Of a stretch of 64,000 nucleotides of DNA, positions 30,716 through 38,482 are shown piece by piece (the stretch's first letter is position 1; each line of letters starts with the position of its first letter). The notes beneath the pieces were generated by a model. It was not told the origin of the DNA. It was given only the letters and a program-made list of their open reading frames with translations, and did not search any database. The DNA comes from Myxococcales bacterium (lineage in GTDB: Bacteria > Myxococcota_A > Polyangia > Haliangiales > Haliangiaceae): contig JADJFN010000001.1 of assembly GCA_016708565.1 (NCBI GenBank), positions 732,863-796,862 of the forward strand, read 5' to 3'. Both the position numbers and the translations under genes were made by a program.

Positions 30716-31057
30716 TCAATGGCGGCCATGAGGACCAGCATCCTGGTGATGGTGACGCTGCTGGCCAACGGCGCGTGCGCGTTGTACGGCGAGGATGGCG
30801 GCGACGATGGTGACAGCGGCAGCGGGCAGCTGTGCGGTGGCCTCACCGGCCGCGGCTGTCCGAGCGACGAGTTCTGCGACTACCCGGTCGAGCACGCGTG
30901 CGGCATCGCGGACGGCGGCGGCGCGTGTCGCACGCGCCCATCCGCCTGCCCCGAGAACTACGCCCCGGTGATCGGCAGCGACGGGCAACGCTACGACAAC
31001 GCGTGCTTCGCCCACGCGGCGGGCGCCGACGACTGCGAGCCCGCGCCGGCGCCTTGA
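30716..31057 (+). CDS. small secreted Cys-rich protein with an atypical Kazal-like domain
   Basis: Signal MAAMRTSILVMVTLLANGACA and 8 Cys; C-terminal CPENYAPVIGSDGQRYDNACFAHAAGADDC resembles the Kazal pattern C..Y.PVCGSDG.TY.N.C...C but has Ile where the third Cys would be. Confidence 0.55.
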   Translation, partial: SMAAMRTSILVMVTLLANGACALYGEDGGDDGDSGSGQLCGGLTGRGCPSDEFCDYPVEHACGIADGGGACRTRPSACPENYAPVIGSDGQRYDNACFAHAAGADDCEPAPAP

Positions 31058-31123
31058 CGGCGCGCGAGCCGCACCGAACCTGGCCGCGCGGCCAGATCGC
31101 CTCTTGTCCGCTACGCTCAGGCG

Positions 31124-32017
31124 ATGTCACTCGTCTCGTTGGTCAAGGGCCGCCGCGGCGCCAGCGGCTTCGGCTACGCGTCCACCGCCATGGAGGTCAC
31201 CGCCGGCCTGGATCTCACCGGCCGCAACCTGCTCGTCACCGGCGTCACGTCGGGGCTCGGGCTGGAGACGGCGCGGGTGCTGGCCCACCGGGGCGCGCGC
31301 ATCTTCGGGTGTGCGCGCGACCAGGGGCGCGCGGCCGCCGCGCTGGCGCCGCTCGGCGACGGTCACGTGCCGCTGGCGTGCGAGTTGGCCGACCCGGCGT
31401 CGGTGCGCGCGTGCGTCGACGCGCTGGCGCAGCGCGGCGACCGCCTCCATGGCCTGATCGCCAACGCGGGCATCATGGCGCTGCCAGCCCGCGAGGTCCG
31501 GCACGGTCACGAGCTGCAGTTCCTGACCAACCATCTCGGCCACGCCATCCTGGTGCTCGGCGCGGTCGGTCGCGACCTCCTCGCCGACGACGCGCGCGTG
31601 GTCATCTTGTCGAGCAGCGCCCACCGGCGGGCTCCCCGGCGCGGGATCGAGTTCGACGACCTGTCGCTCGAGCGCAGCTACACGCCCTGGGGCGCCTACG
31701 GCCAGTCCAAGCTGGCGAACCTGCTGTTCGCGCGGGCGCTCGCCCGCCGCTTCGCCGGCACCCGGCGGACCGCCAACGCGGTCCACCCCGGCGTCATCTT
31801 CACCAACCTCGGCCGCCACATGGGGTTGGCGGCGCGCGTGCTCGGCCCGGTGGCGGCCGCGATCGCGCTCAAGAGCGTCCACCAGGGCGCCGCCACGCAG
31901 TGCTACGTGGCCGTGCATCCGAGCGTCGCGACGCGCAACGGCGAGTACTTCGCCGACTGCGACGTCGCCACCTCCTCGGCGCTCGGCCGCGACCCGGCGC
32001 TCGCCGAGCGGCTGTAA
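31124..32017 (+). CDS. SDR family oxidoreductase (retinol-dehydrogenase-like)
   Basis: NLLVTGVTSGLGLETARVL and the active-site YGQSKLANLLF (YxxxK). Confidence 0.8.
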   Translation: MSLVSLVKGRRGASGFGYASTAMEVTAGLDLTGRNLLVTGVTSGLGLETARVLAHRGARIFGCARDQGRAAAALAPLGDGHVPLACELADPASVRACVDALAQRGDRLHGLIANAGIMALPAREVRHGHELQFLTNHLGHAILVLGAVGRDLLADDARVVILSSSAHRRAPRRGIEFDDLSLERSYTPWGAYGQSKLANLLFARALARRFAGTRRTANAVHPGVIFTNLGRHMGLAARVLGPVAAAIALKSVHQGAATQCYVAVHPSVATRNGEYFADCDVATSSALGRDPALAERL

Positions 32018-32128
32018 ACTGTCACCGAGACGCTGCTGCAGACGCTGCGGTGATGAGCCGCGCGGCCCGCGCTGATCGGAGGCGAACGCTGCGACCTGTT
32101 ACGGCGCGGCAGGGGCCGCGGGTCGGGG

Positions 32129-32295
32129 CGATGTCCGCCGCGGTCGCGAAGCGCCGCGCCGTGGTCACGGTGATCGTGCCCCCGACGCGCTGATCGCCGC
32201 GCTCGCGGAGATCGTCCTGCGCGCCACCGGCCAACCGCCCGCGCCGGGCCGCGCGCCGCCCCGGCGTGCCCGGACGCCGCGGACCCGAGATCGCG
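32129..32295 (+). pseudogene. internally deleted remnant of a TetR-family gene 3' end (paralog of 28934..29626)
   Basis: Nucleotide similarity to 29257..29310 and 29515..29600 (...gtcgcgaagcgccgcgc.gtggtc... and ...gtcctgcgcgccac.ggcca.ccgcccgcgccg.gccgcgcgccgccccggcgtg...) with no intact ORF. Confidence 0.5.
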
Positions 32296-32352
32296 TAATC
32301 CCCCTGTAATGGCCCGCGCGTGCGCCGTCGACGAAGCTCATCGCTGCGACAC

Positions 32353-33945
32353 ATGTCCGATGACACGTTCGACAAGCGCGCTTGGCACCCCGGGCGGGCG
32401 GACCACGTCGGTGCGTTCTTGGCCTGGGCCGCGGCCCGCGACCTGGCCCGGGGCGCGGTCGCCGAGCTGAGCGCCATCCATCGACCGCTGACCTTGGCCC
32501 TGGCGCGGCGCCTCGGCGCGGAGGTCGGCGGCGTGTTCGGCCACGACCTCACCGCGACCGGCGCGGCCTTCGCGGCCGCGTGCTACTCGCTCTACCTCGA
32601 GGGGTGCGAGGAGCTCTCGGTCGCCGGCGCGGCGCTACGTTCGGCCGGCGCGTTGCGCGACGTGGTCGCGTGGCTCGACGAGCTGTTCGCGGACTGGTCC
32701 GCGGCGGGGCGCCCCGCGACCGCGCCGGTCAGCAGCGAAGAGCGGCTCGTGGGCCTGTCGCCACCGCTGCCCGAGGCGACGCGCGTGGTCGGCACCATCG
32801 CCGAGTTGACCGCGCTGCTAGCGGCGCGCGACGTCGTCGCCGGCGGCGAGGACGCGACCGCCGATCAGCAGTGGCTCGCCGACGTCACGGCCGCCGCGGC
32901 CGCCCTGCGCCGGCACCCCGCGCTCGACGCGACGTTGCTGGGGTGCGTGGCCCACGGCGCGTGGCATCGCGCGGTGCCGGTGGCGCGATGCCTGCTAGCG
33001 CTTCGCCCAGCCGCGGGCGCCGCCATCGTGCGCGCGTTCGAAGCGCGACCGCCGGCGGACCTCCTCGGCGACGCCGGCGCGCTCACCGTGGAGCTGCGGC
33101 GCGCGTTCGGCGACGCCTGGGCCGCCAGCCTGGAGCAGGCCGCGTTCGCCGCGCTCGACGCCGGTCGGGTGCCGCACCAGGTGCTGTCGCTGGTCGCCGC
33201 GCGCTGCACCGGCGCCGAGCGGGACCGCATCGTGCGCGCGTGCGTGGACCGGGTCAGCGACGACCGCGCCCGACCGCAGCTGCTCGCCGAGCTGGTCGAA
33301 GCCTGGGCCCAAACGGACGTCGGCGCCGGCCAGCCGAGCGGGGCGCTCACGGACGACCAGGTCTGCCAGGCGCTCGCGGCGGGCGCGTCGCCGCGCCTGC
33401 TCGCCAGCATCCGGCTGATGACGGCCCTCGACGCCGACGCGACGATGAGCGCCGCGCGCGCACGGCGCGTGGCGGACGCGGTGGCGCGCGATCTGGCGCT
33501 GATCGCGACGATCCCGAGCCCGCGCCACCGGTACGAGGCCGCGCGCGAGCTCGCGGCCGAGGTCAGCGTCCTGGCGAAGGCCCCGGGCCTCGCCGACCTC
33601 CACCGACGTGCGGCCGCGATGCGCGACGAGCTCCAGCGGACCGTCGAGATCCGCAACGAGTTGCTGGCGGCCGCGCGGTCCGCGCACCCGATCCCGGCCG
33701 ACACGCTGCGCGCCGGCCGCGAGTGGCTCCACGCAGCCGCGAGCCCAGCGGACATCCAGAGGATCGTCGACACGACATCGCTGGCGCGCAACCCCGGCAA
33801 CGCCGCCGCGCTGTGGTCGCTGCTGGCCGCCTTCGAGCCCACCAACCGCGAGTACGTCGAGCACGCGGCCGCCGGGGTCGCGGCGGCCCGGGCTGCCGGC
33901 CACGAGGTGCCTGGCGTCCCGGGTGACCGCCCATCCGAGCGGTGA
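32353..33945 (+). CDS. hypothetical protein (~530 aa)
   Basis: MSDDTFDKRAWHPGRADHVGAFLAWAAARDL...; long non-repetitive ORF. Confidence 0.5.
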   Translation: MSDDTFDKRAWHPGRADHVGAFLAWAAARDLARGAVAELSAIHRPLTLALARRLGAEVGGVFGHDLTATGAAFAAACYSLYLEGCEELSVAGAALRSAGALRDVVAWLDELFADWSAAGRPATAPVSSEERLVGLSPPLPEATRVVGTIAELTALLAARDVVAGGEDATADQQWLADVTAAAAALRRHPALDATLLGCVAHGAWHRAVPVARCLLALRPAAGAAIVRAFEARPPADLLGDAGALTVELRRAFGDAWAASLEQAAFAALDAGRVPHQVLSLVAARCTGAERDRIVRACVDRVSDDRARPQLLAELVEAWAQTDVGAGQPSGALTDDQVCQALAAGASPRLLASIRLMTALDADATMSAARARRVADAVARDLALIATIPSPRHRYEAARELAAEVSVLAKAPGLADLHRRAAAMRDELQRTVEIRNELLAAARSAHPIPADTLRAGREWLHAAASPADIQRIVDTTSLARNPGNAAALWSLLAAFEPTNREYVEHAAAGVAAARAAGHEVPGVPGDRPSER

Positions 33946-33989
33946 CCGACGCGGCGTCGGCAGGGCTTGGCGGCGCAGCGAGCTCGAGC

Positions 33990-34316
33990 CCGGCACCGCG
34001 GTCGACGCTGCCGCCCAGGTGCGCCTCGCCGAAGATCGTCGCAGCGTACGAGTCGGGGGCGGGTGTCGCCGCCGTCGTAGCGCTCGCCATCGCTGCCGAG
34101 CAATGGGTCGTAGTTCTCCGGGCAGGCGGTCGGCCGCGACTGGCAGACCCCGGCACCATCGGCGATGCCGCACCTGAACTCTACCGGGTAATCGCAGAAC
34201 TCATCGCTGGGGCAGGTCCCGCCAGCGAGCCCACCGCATTGTTGTCCGCTGGCGTCGTCGTCGGCACTGTCCAGGTAGAAGTCACAGCCGCCGGCGCTCC
34301 ACAGCATCGCCACCAT
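33990..34316 (-). pseudogene. degenerate inverted paralog of the Kazal-like small protein gene; no in-frame stop
   Basis: MVAMLWSAGGC...SGQQCGGLAGGTCPSDEFCDYPVEFRCGIADGAGVCQSRPTACPENYDPLLGSDGERYDGG closely parallels 30716..31057, then diverges and reads through antisense into the neighbouring gene. Confidence 0.35.
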
Positions 34317-34373
34317 CGCAAGACGGGTCCGCACGGACCACTGCGCGAGCAGGAAGCGTGCCGAGCGCGCGGT

Positions 34374-34407
34374 GCGCCGCGACGCGCTGGCCGAGGTCAT
34401 CCTGCGC
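34374..34407 (+). repeat. 34-nt exact copy of the TetR 3' end (second remnant)
   Basis: gcgctggccgaggtcatcctgcgcgccacgggcc is identical to 29529..29562; the next ~100 nt also parallel the TetR-to-lipoprotein intergenic region. Confidence 0.5.
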
Positions 34408-34526
34408 GCCACGGGCCGGGCCGCCGCGTCGCGGTAATGGTTCGCGCCGGGGTCGTCGCGCAGGCTGCGTGGACGATGAGTTCAACCGCGAATGGACGCG
34501 CCGCACCGGGCGTTCTGGAGGCCAAG

Positions 34527-35357
34527 ATGTCAGCCAGGATGAAGATGCTGAAGGCCAGCACGACGTTGTGCGCGGTCGCGATGTTCGGTGGCTCGATGCT
34601 CGCCGCGTGCGCCGGTCCGCGCACGCCGCCGTCCGTCGGCGACGGCGCGGCCGCCTCCTCGCGCCTCGACGCCGCCGCGGCGCGGTCGAGCGGCGCCGCG
34701 CCCGACGGCGGCGTGGGTGGTGCCGGCGCCATCGACGGTGGCGGCGCGCCCGCGCTCGACGGACCCGCCATCGCGTGGTCGGGCGGCGTCCCCGCCGACG
34801 GTGGCGACTTCGTGGTGGTCGGGTTCCCCGCGGTGTCGCCCGACGGGGCCCGGGTGCTCGTGGCGCAAATCGGGGAGGACGGTGGCCGTGGCGCACCGAA
34901 CCTGGTCCTCGAGGTCCGCGGCCGCGACGATCGCACGGTCGCGCGACGGGTCGTGCTCGACGCCGACGACGTATTCGGACCTCCCCCGGCGGCGGCGCCG
35001 GATGTGGCCGCCGCCAACGCGTGGATCGCGACGCAAGGGCAGGGCGCCGCGTGGCGCTCGCTCGCCGCCGTCGAGGCCGAGGCCGCGTCGCTCGACGCCG
35101 GACCGTGGCGGTTCCGGCAGGGGGACGCCGAGCTGTCGGTCGACGGCGCGGCGCGGGTCCGCGTCCGGGTGGGGCAGCGCGCGGTCGTCAGCGCCGTGCG
35201 GCGCGGGTGGCTCAAGCCCAGCCCCGACTGCGTCCGCCCGCTGAAGGCCGACCGCGGGTTCGTCGATGCGGGGCTCCGGATCGCGGTGGTGGACGTCTGG
35301 TACCTGACCAGCGATCTGTGCGACGTCGACGGTGAGGCCCACGTGGTCGCGTGGTGA
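34527..35357 (+). CDS. lipoprotein, hypothetical (diverged paralog of 29719..30525)
   Basis: MSARMKMLKASTTLCAVAMFGGSMLAAC; the 5' region and upstream sequence are homologous to the 29.64..29.75 kb region. Confidence 0.5.
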   Translation: MSARMKMLKASTTLCAVAMFGGSMLAACAGPRTPPSVGDGAAASSRLDAAAARSSGAAPDGGVGGAGAIDGGGAPALDGPAIAWSGGVPADGGDFVVVGFPAVSPDGARVLVAQIGEDGGRGAPNLVLEVRGRDDRTVARRVVLDADDVFGPPPAAAPDVAAANAWIATQGQGAAWRSLAAVEAEAASLDAGPWRFRQGDAELSVDGAARVRVRVGQRAVVSAVRRGWLKPSPDCVRPLKADRGFVDAGLRIAVVDVWYLTSDLCDVDGEAHVVAW

Positions 35358-35367
35358 GGCGCGCGCG

Positions 35368-37278
35368 TCACGCCGACGCGCTGGCGGGGCCGTACTTGCG
35401 CGCGAAGAACGGGGCCATCGCCGCGAGGAGGCCGGGGACGTCGGCGTGCTCGGGCACCGAGATGCGGCAGATCTGGACGTTGTCCTTCTTCTGCGCGTTC
35501 TTGACCGCGGCCGACAGCGCGCCCTGGGTCGACTCCTCGGGGTTGATGACGTAGAAGACGTCGGGCTTGCCGCCACCGGTCGACTGGCCGTAGCTCACGC
35601 GGCTCTTCACCAGCGCGGGGGCCGCCGCCAGCAGGTGCGCGACGAACTCGTCGACCAGGTCGGCGTAGGTCGTCGGCGCGGGCGGCAGATAGAACGACAG
35701 CAGGCCGCTGGCGAGGCCGTCGGTGATCTGCTGTTCGGTGATCGCGTACAGCGTGATCGCGTGGCCGTAGGCGCCCAGCGCCGCGCGCAGGCCGTCGGCG
35801 AGCCGGGTGGTGTGCGCCGCGATGGTCGCCATGCGCGGGGCCAGATCGGCCAGCCCGGTCGCCAGCTCGGCGAGCTGCTCGGGGCGGGCGAACGAGTCGG
35901 CGTCGCGGCCCAGCTCTCGCGCGCGCTCGACGATGCGGCCGGCGAGCGCGTCGCTCGCGCACGCGACCACGCCGAGGGTCGCCTTGCCCTTGGTGAAGTA
36001 CTTGGACCCGCTCTTCACCAGGATGAACGGCCAGTCCTGCGCGAAGGCCTTGGCGAAGATGGGGTAGAGGGGCGCGAGGGTCGTGTCGACGAGCACCGGC
36101 ACGCGGTGGCCGGTGCGATCGGCGTAGGCCCGCAGCCCGGCGAGCAGCGCGGGGAAGTCGTGGGCCTGCAGCTCGGGGTTGGTCGGCGTCTCGAGGAACA
36201 CCACCGCCGGCCCGGTCTCGGAGGCGAGGCGGGCGACGATGCGGTCGACGATCGTCGCCGGTCGCCCGGCGGCGTCGGTGCCGAGCACCGGGAGCGGGGC
36301 CGGGCGGACGTTGGTCTGCGCGGGGAGCAGGTCGCCGATCAGCTGGCCGGTACCGCCGTAGCCGTTCTGCGCGTAGAACAGCGTCACCGGCGCGGGCCCG
36401 AGCACCTCCGCGGCGCCCGTGAACAGCGCGGCCTCGGCGGCCAGCCCGGTGCAGAAGTACAGGCTGTCGGTGACCTGCGGGAACAGGCTGGTCAGGCGCG
36501 CCTGGCAGGTCGCCGCGTCGGAGGTCGCGAGCACCGGCGGCGTCAGGCCGGCCGCGCGCGCCAGCTCGTGCTGGGCGTCGGCGGCGAGCAGCGCGGCGAC
36601 GGTGCGCTTGCGGATGACCTGGATCGGCCCCGGCGCGATGCGCGCGGTGTCGCGCAGGAGCAGCACCCCGCCCTGGTGCACCGGGTAGCAGATCGCGTCG
36701 GCGGCGCTGGCTTGGACGTCGCCCTCGAACCGGCCGCTGGCGACCCACACCGTCAGCACGTCCGGACGCGCGGGCGGGAGCTCGTGGGCGTGCTCGTGCA
36801 GCGTCACCCCGGCGGCGACCAGGTCGGCCTGCTTGCGCGCCGACAGCGGCAGCGCGCCCTCGGCGAACACCCGCACCGGCAGCGCTCGCCGCGGCGCCTC
36901 GATGACCGCGAGCCACGGCTTGGTCACCGACGCGAACGAGAGGCACCGCGCGGCGTTGGTGCGGACCTGCTCGGCGAGCTCGAACACCGTCGACAGTGGC
37001 TGCCCGAGCCGGGCGTAGTCGAACGGCAGGCCGCACGCCACGAGCCGCTCGCGGATGGCGGCGGCGCTGGTGATGTCCTCGGCGGCGATGCCGGCGACCG
37101 CGCGCTCGAAGCGCTCGGCGAACTTGTCGTCCGAGTCGAAGCGGAACAGATCGTACGTGGTCGCGCGGTGGTCCCAGTCATCGGGGAGCGCGCCCGGCTG
37201 ACTCAGGAGGCGCGGGAGCACCTGCGCGAGCTGTGCGGAGAAGCTGGAGCCCAGGACGATTCGGCCGTCGGCGGTCAT
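35368..37278 (-). CDS. PLP-dependent enzyme, putative (Cys/Met-metabolism family-like core with an extra ~200-aa N-terminal region)
   Basis: 636 aa; the segment LVKSGSKYFTKGKATLGVV resembles the PLP-lysine region of trans-sulfuration enzymes; the assignment is tentative. Confidence 0.5.
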   Translation of the reverse strand: MTADGRIVLGSSFSAQLAQVLPRLLSQPGALPDDWDHRATTYDLFRFDSDDKFAERFERAVAGIAAEDITSAAAIRERLVACGLPFDYARLGQPLSTVFELAEQVRTNAARCLSFASVTKPWLAVIEAPRRALPVRVFAEGALPLSARKQADLVAAGVTLHEHAHELPPARPDVLTVWVASGRFEGDVQASAADAICYPVHQGGVLLLRDTARIAPGPIQVIRKRTVAALLAADAQHELARAAGLTPPVLATSDAATCQARLTSLFPQVTDSLYFCTGLAAEAALFTGAAEVLGPAPVTLFYAQNGYGGTGQLIGDLLPAQTNVRPAPLPVLGTDAAGRPATIVDRIVARLASETGPAVVFLETPTNPELQAHDFPALLAGLRAYADRTGHRVPVLVDTTLAPLYPIFAKAFAQDWPFILVKSGSKYFTKGKATLGVVACASDALAGRIVERARELGRDADSFARPEQLAELATGLADLAPRMATIAAHTTRLADGLRAALGAYGHAITLYAITEQQITDGLASGLLSFYLPPAPTTYADLVDEFVAHLLAAAPALVKSRVSYGQSTGGGKPDVFYVINPEESTQGALSAAVKNAQKKDNVQICRISVPEHADVPGLLAAMAPFFARKYGPASASA

Positions 37279-37430
37279 GCGCGCGCAGCATATCCCGCGG
37301 GCCGACGTCCGCGAGGGCCCGTGCGCCGCGGGCTGGTCGGCCGCGCAACCCCGCGTGCCGGCGCGCGGTGACGCGGACGTCTCGAAGCGCGCGCGTCGAT
37401 CTCGCCGGCGGCGCCGCGCGCGACCGCACC

Positions 37431-38405
37431 GTGATAGATGGGCCCGTGGTCGAGCGCACTTGGTCGCACACCGTCCTGGCGGTGATCCTCGCGGTGGTGG
37501 CGTGTGGTGGCGAGCGCGCGCGGGATCCCGCGCCTCGGGCGGCGGCGCCTGCGACGCGCCCGGCGCCGGCGGTGGGCGAGGCCGCCGCCGAGCCGCCGCC
37601 GCGCTCGCCGCTCGCCCCGGCGTTCGCGCTGCTGCCGACGGCGATCGTCGCGGCCGAGCCGACGCCGATCGCGTGGCTCAACGATCAGCTCGTCGCCGCG
37701 GTGGCGCCGGTGTTCGACGCGGCGTGCTGGCGCGCGCTCGCCGCCACGATCGACGGCTACTACGCGATCGACCTGGTCGGCGCGCCCGAGCGGGTGGTGT
37801 TCCATCCGCACCTGATCCACGGCCAGGTCGAGCTCGCCGCGCTGCGGGCGTGTCGCGTGCCGGCGGCGCGGCGCCGCGAGGCGACGCACGCCCGCGTCCT
37901 CGTGGCGTCCGACGGCGGCTTCTTCCCGGTCGTGTTCGCCGACCTGGGCCACGGCTGGTTCCTGATGATCGACGGCGAGATCGCCCCGATCCTCGCCGCG
38001 GCCGAGGCGCTGGCCGCCGCCGCCCCCGCGACCGCCAACCCGCTGGCCGACCTGGTCGGCCGGTCCGCGACGCCCGGCTGGCGCGCGCTGGCGGGCGACG
38101 TGACCCGCGCGTCGCTCGGCGTCCCCGCGCTGGGCGCGCGCGCCGAGTTCACCCCGTTCACCGGCCTCGGCCCGCCCCCCGGACCGGTGACCGTCACCGT
38201 CTTCTTCGCCAGCGCCGCCGACGCGCAGCGCGCCCTGGCGGCCGCGACCGCGTCGGGCGGCTCGATCGACCGCGAGGCGGTGGGCGACGTCGTGGCCCTG
38301 GCCGGCACGCTCGGGGAGGTCCGCGTCGACGGCGCGACCGTCGTCTACCGCGGGCCGGTCTCCGCAGCGCTGTTCGACAGCCTGGGGCTGTTCCGGGTGC
38401 CGTGA
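37431..38405 (+). CDS. lipoprotein, hypothetical
   Basis: GTG start (alternative GTG at 37446); signal plus lipobox TWSHTVLAVILAVVACGG. The overlapping 765-aa minus-strand ORF is Arg-rich noise. Confidence 0.5.
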   Translation: MIDGPVVERTWSHTVLAVILAVVACGGERARDPAPRAAAPATRPAPAVGEAAAEPPPRSPLAPAFALLPTAIVAAEPTPIAWLNDQLVAAVAPVFDAACWRALAATIDGYYAIDLVGAPERVVFHPHLIHGQVELAALRACRVPAARRREATHARVLVASDGGFFPVVFADLGHGWFLMIDGEIAPILAAAEALAAAAPATANPLADLVGRSATPGWRALAGDVTRASLGVPALGARAEFTPFTGLGPPPGPVTVTVFFASAADAQRALAAATASGGSIDREAVGDVVALAGTLGEVRVDGATVVYRGPVSAALFDSLGLFRVP

Positions 38406-38482
38406 TCGCGGCGCCGCGGAAGGGCGGCGTTGGTGACCCGCCGCGCCGCGGCCCACGCCCGGCCGACCGAGCTGGGTGATCG

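Noticed and set aside
33942-34526. N-terminal 195 codons of ORF 33942..35357 as part of the lipoprotein gene.
   Set aside because: That portion is antisense to the Kazal-like pseudogene and precedes the signal peptide. The CDS was started at the MSARMKMLK Met instead.
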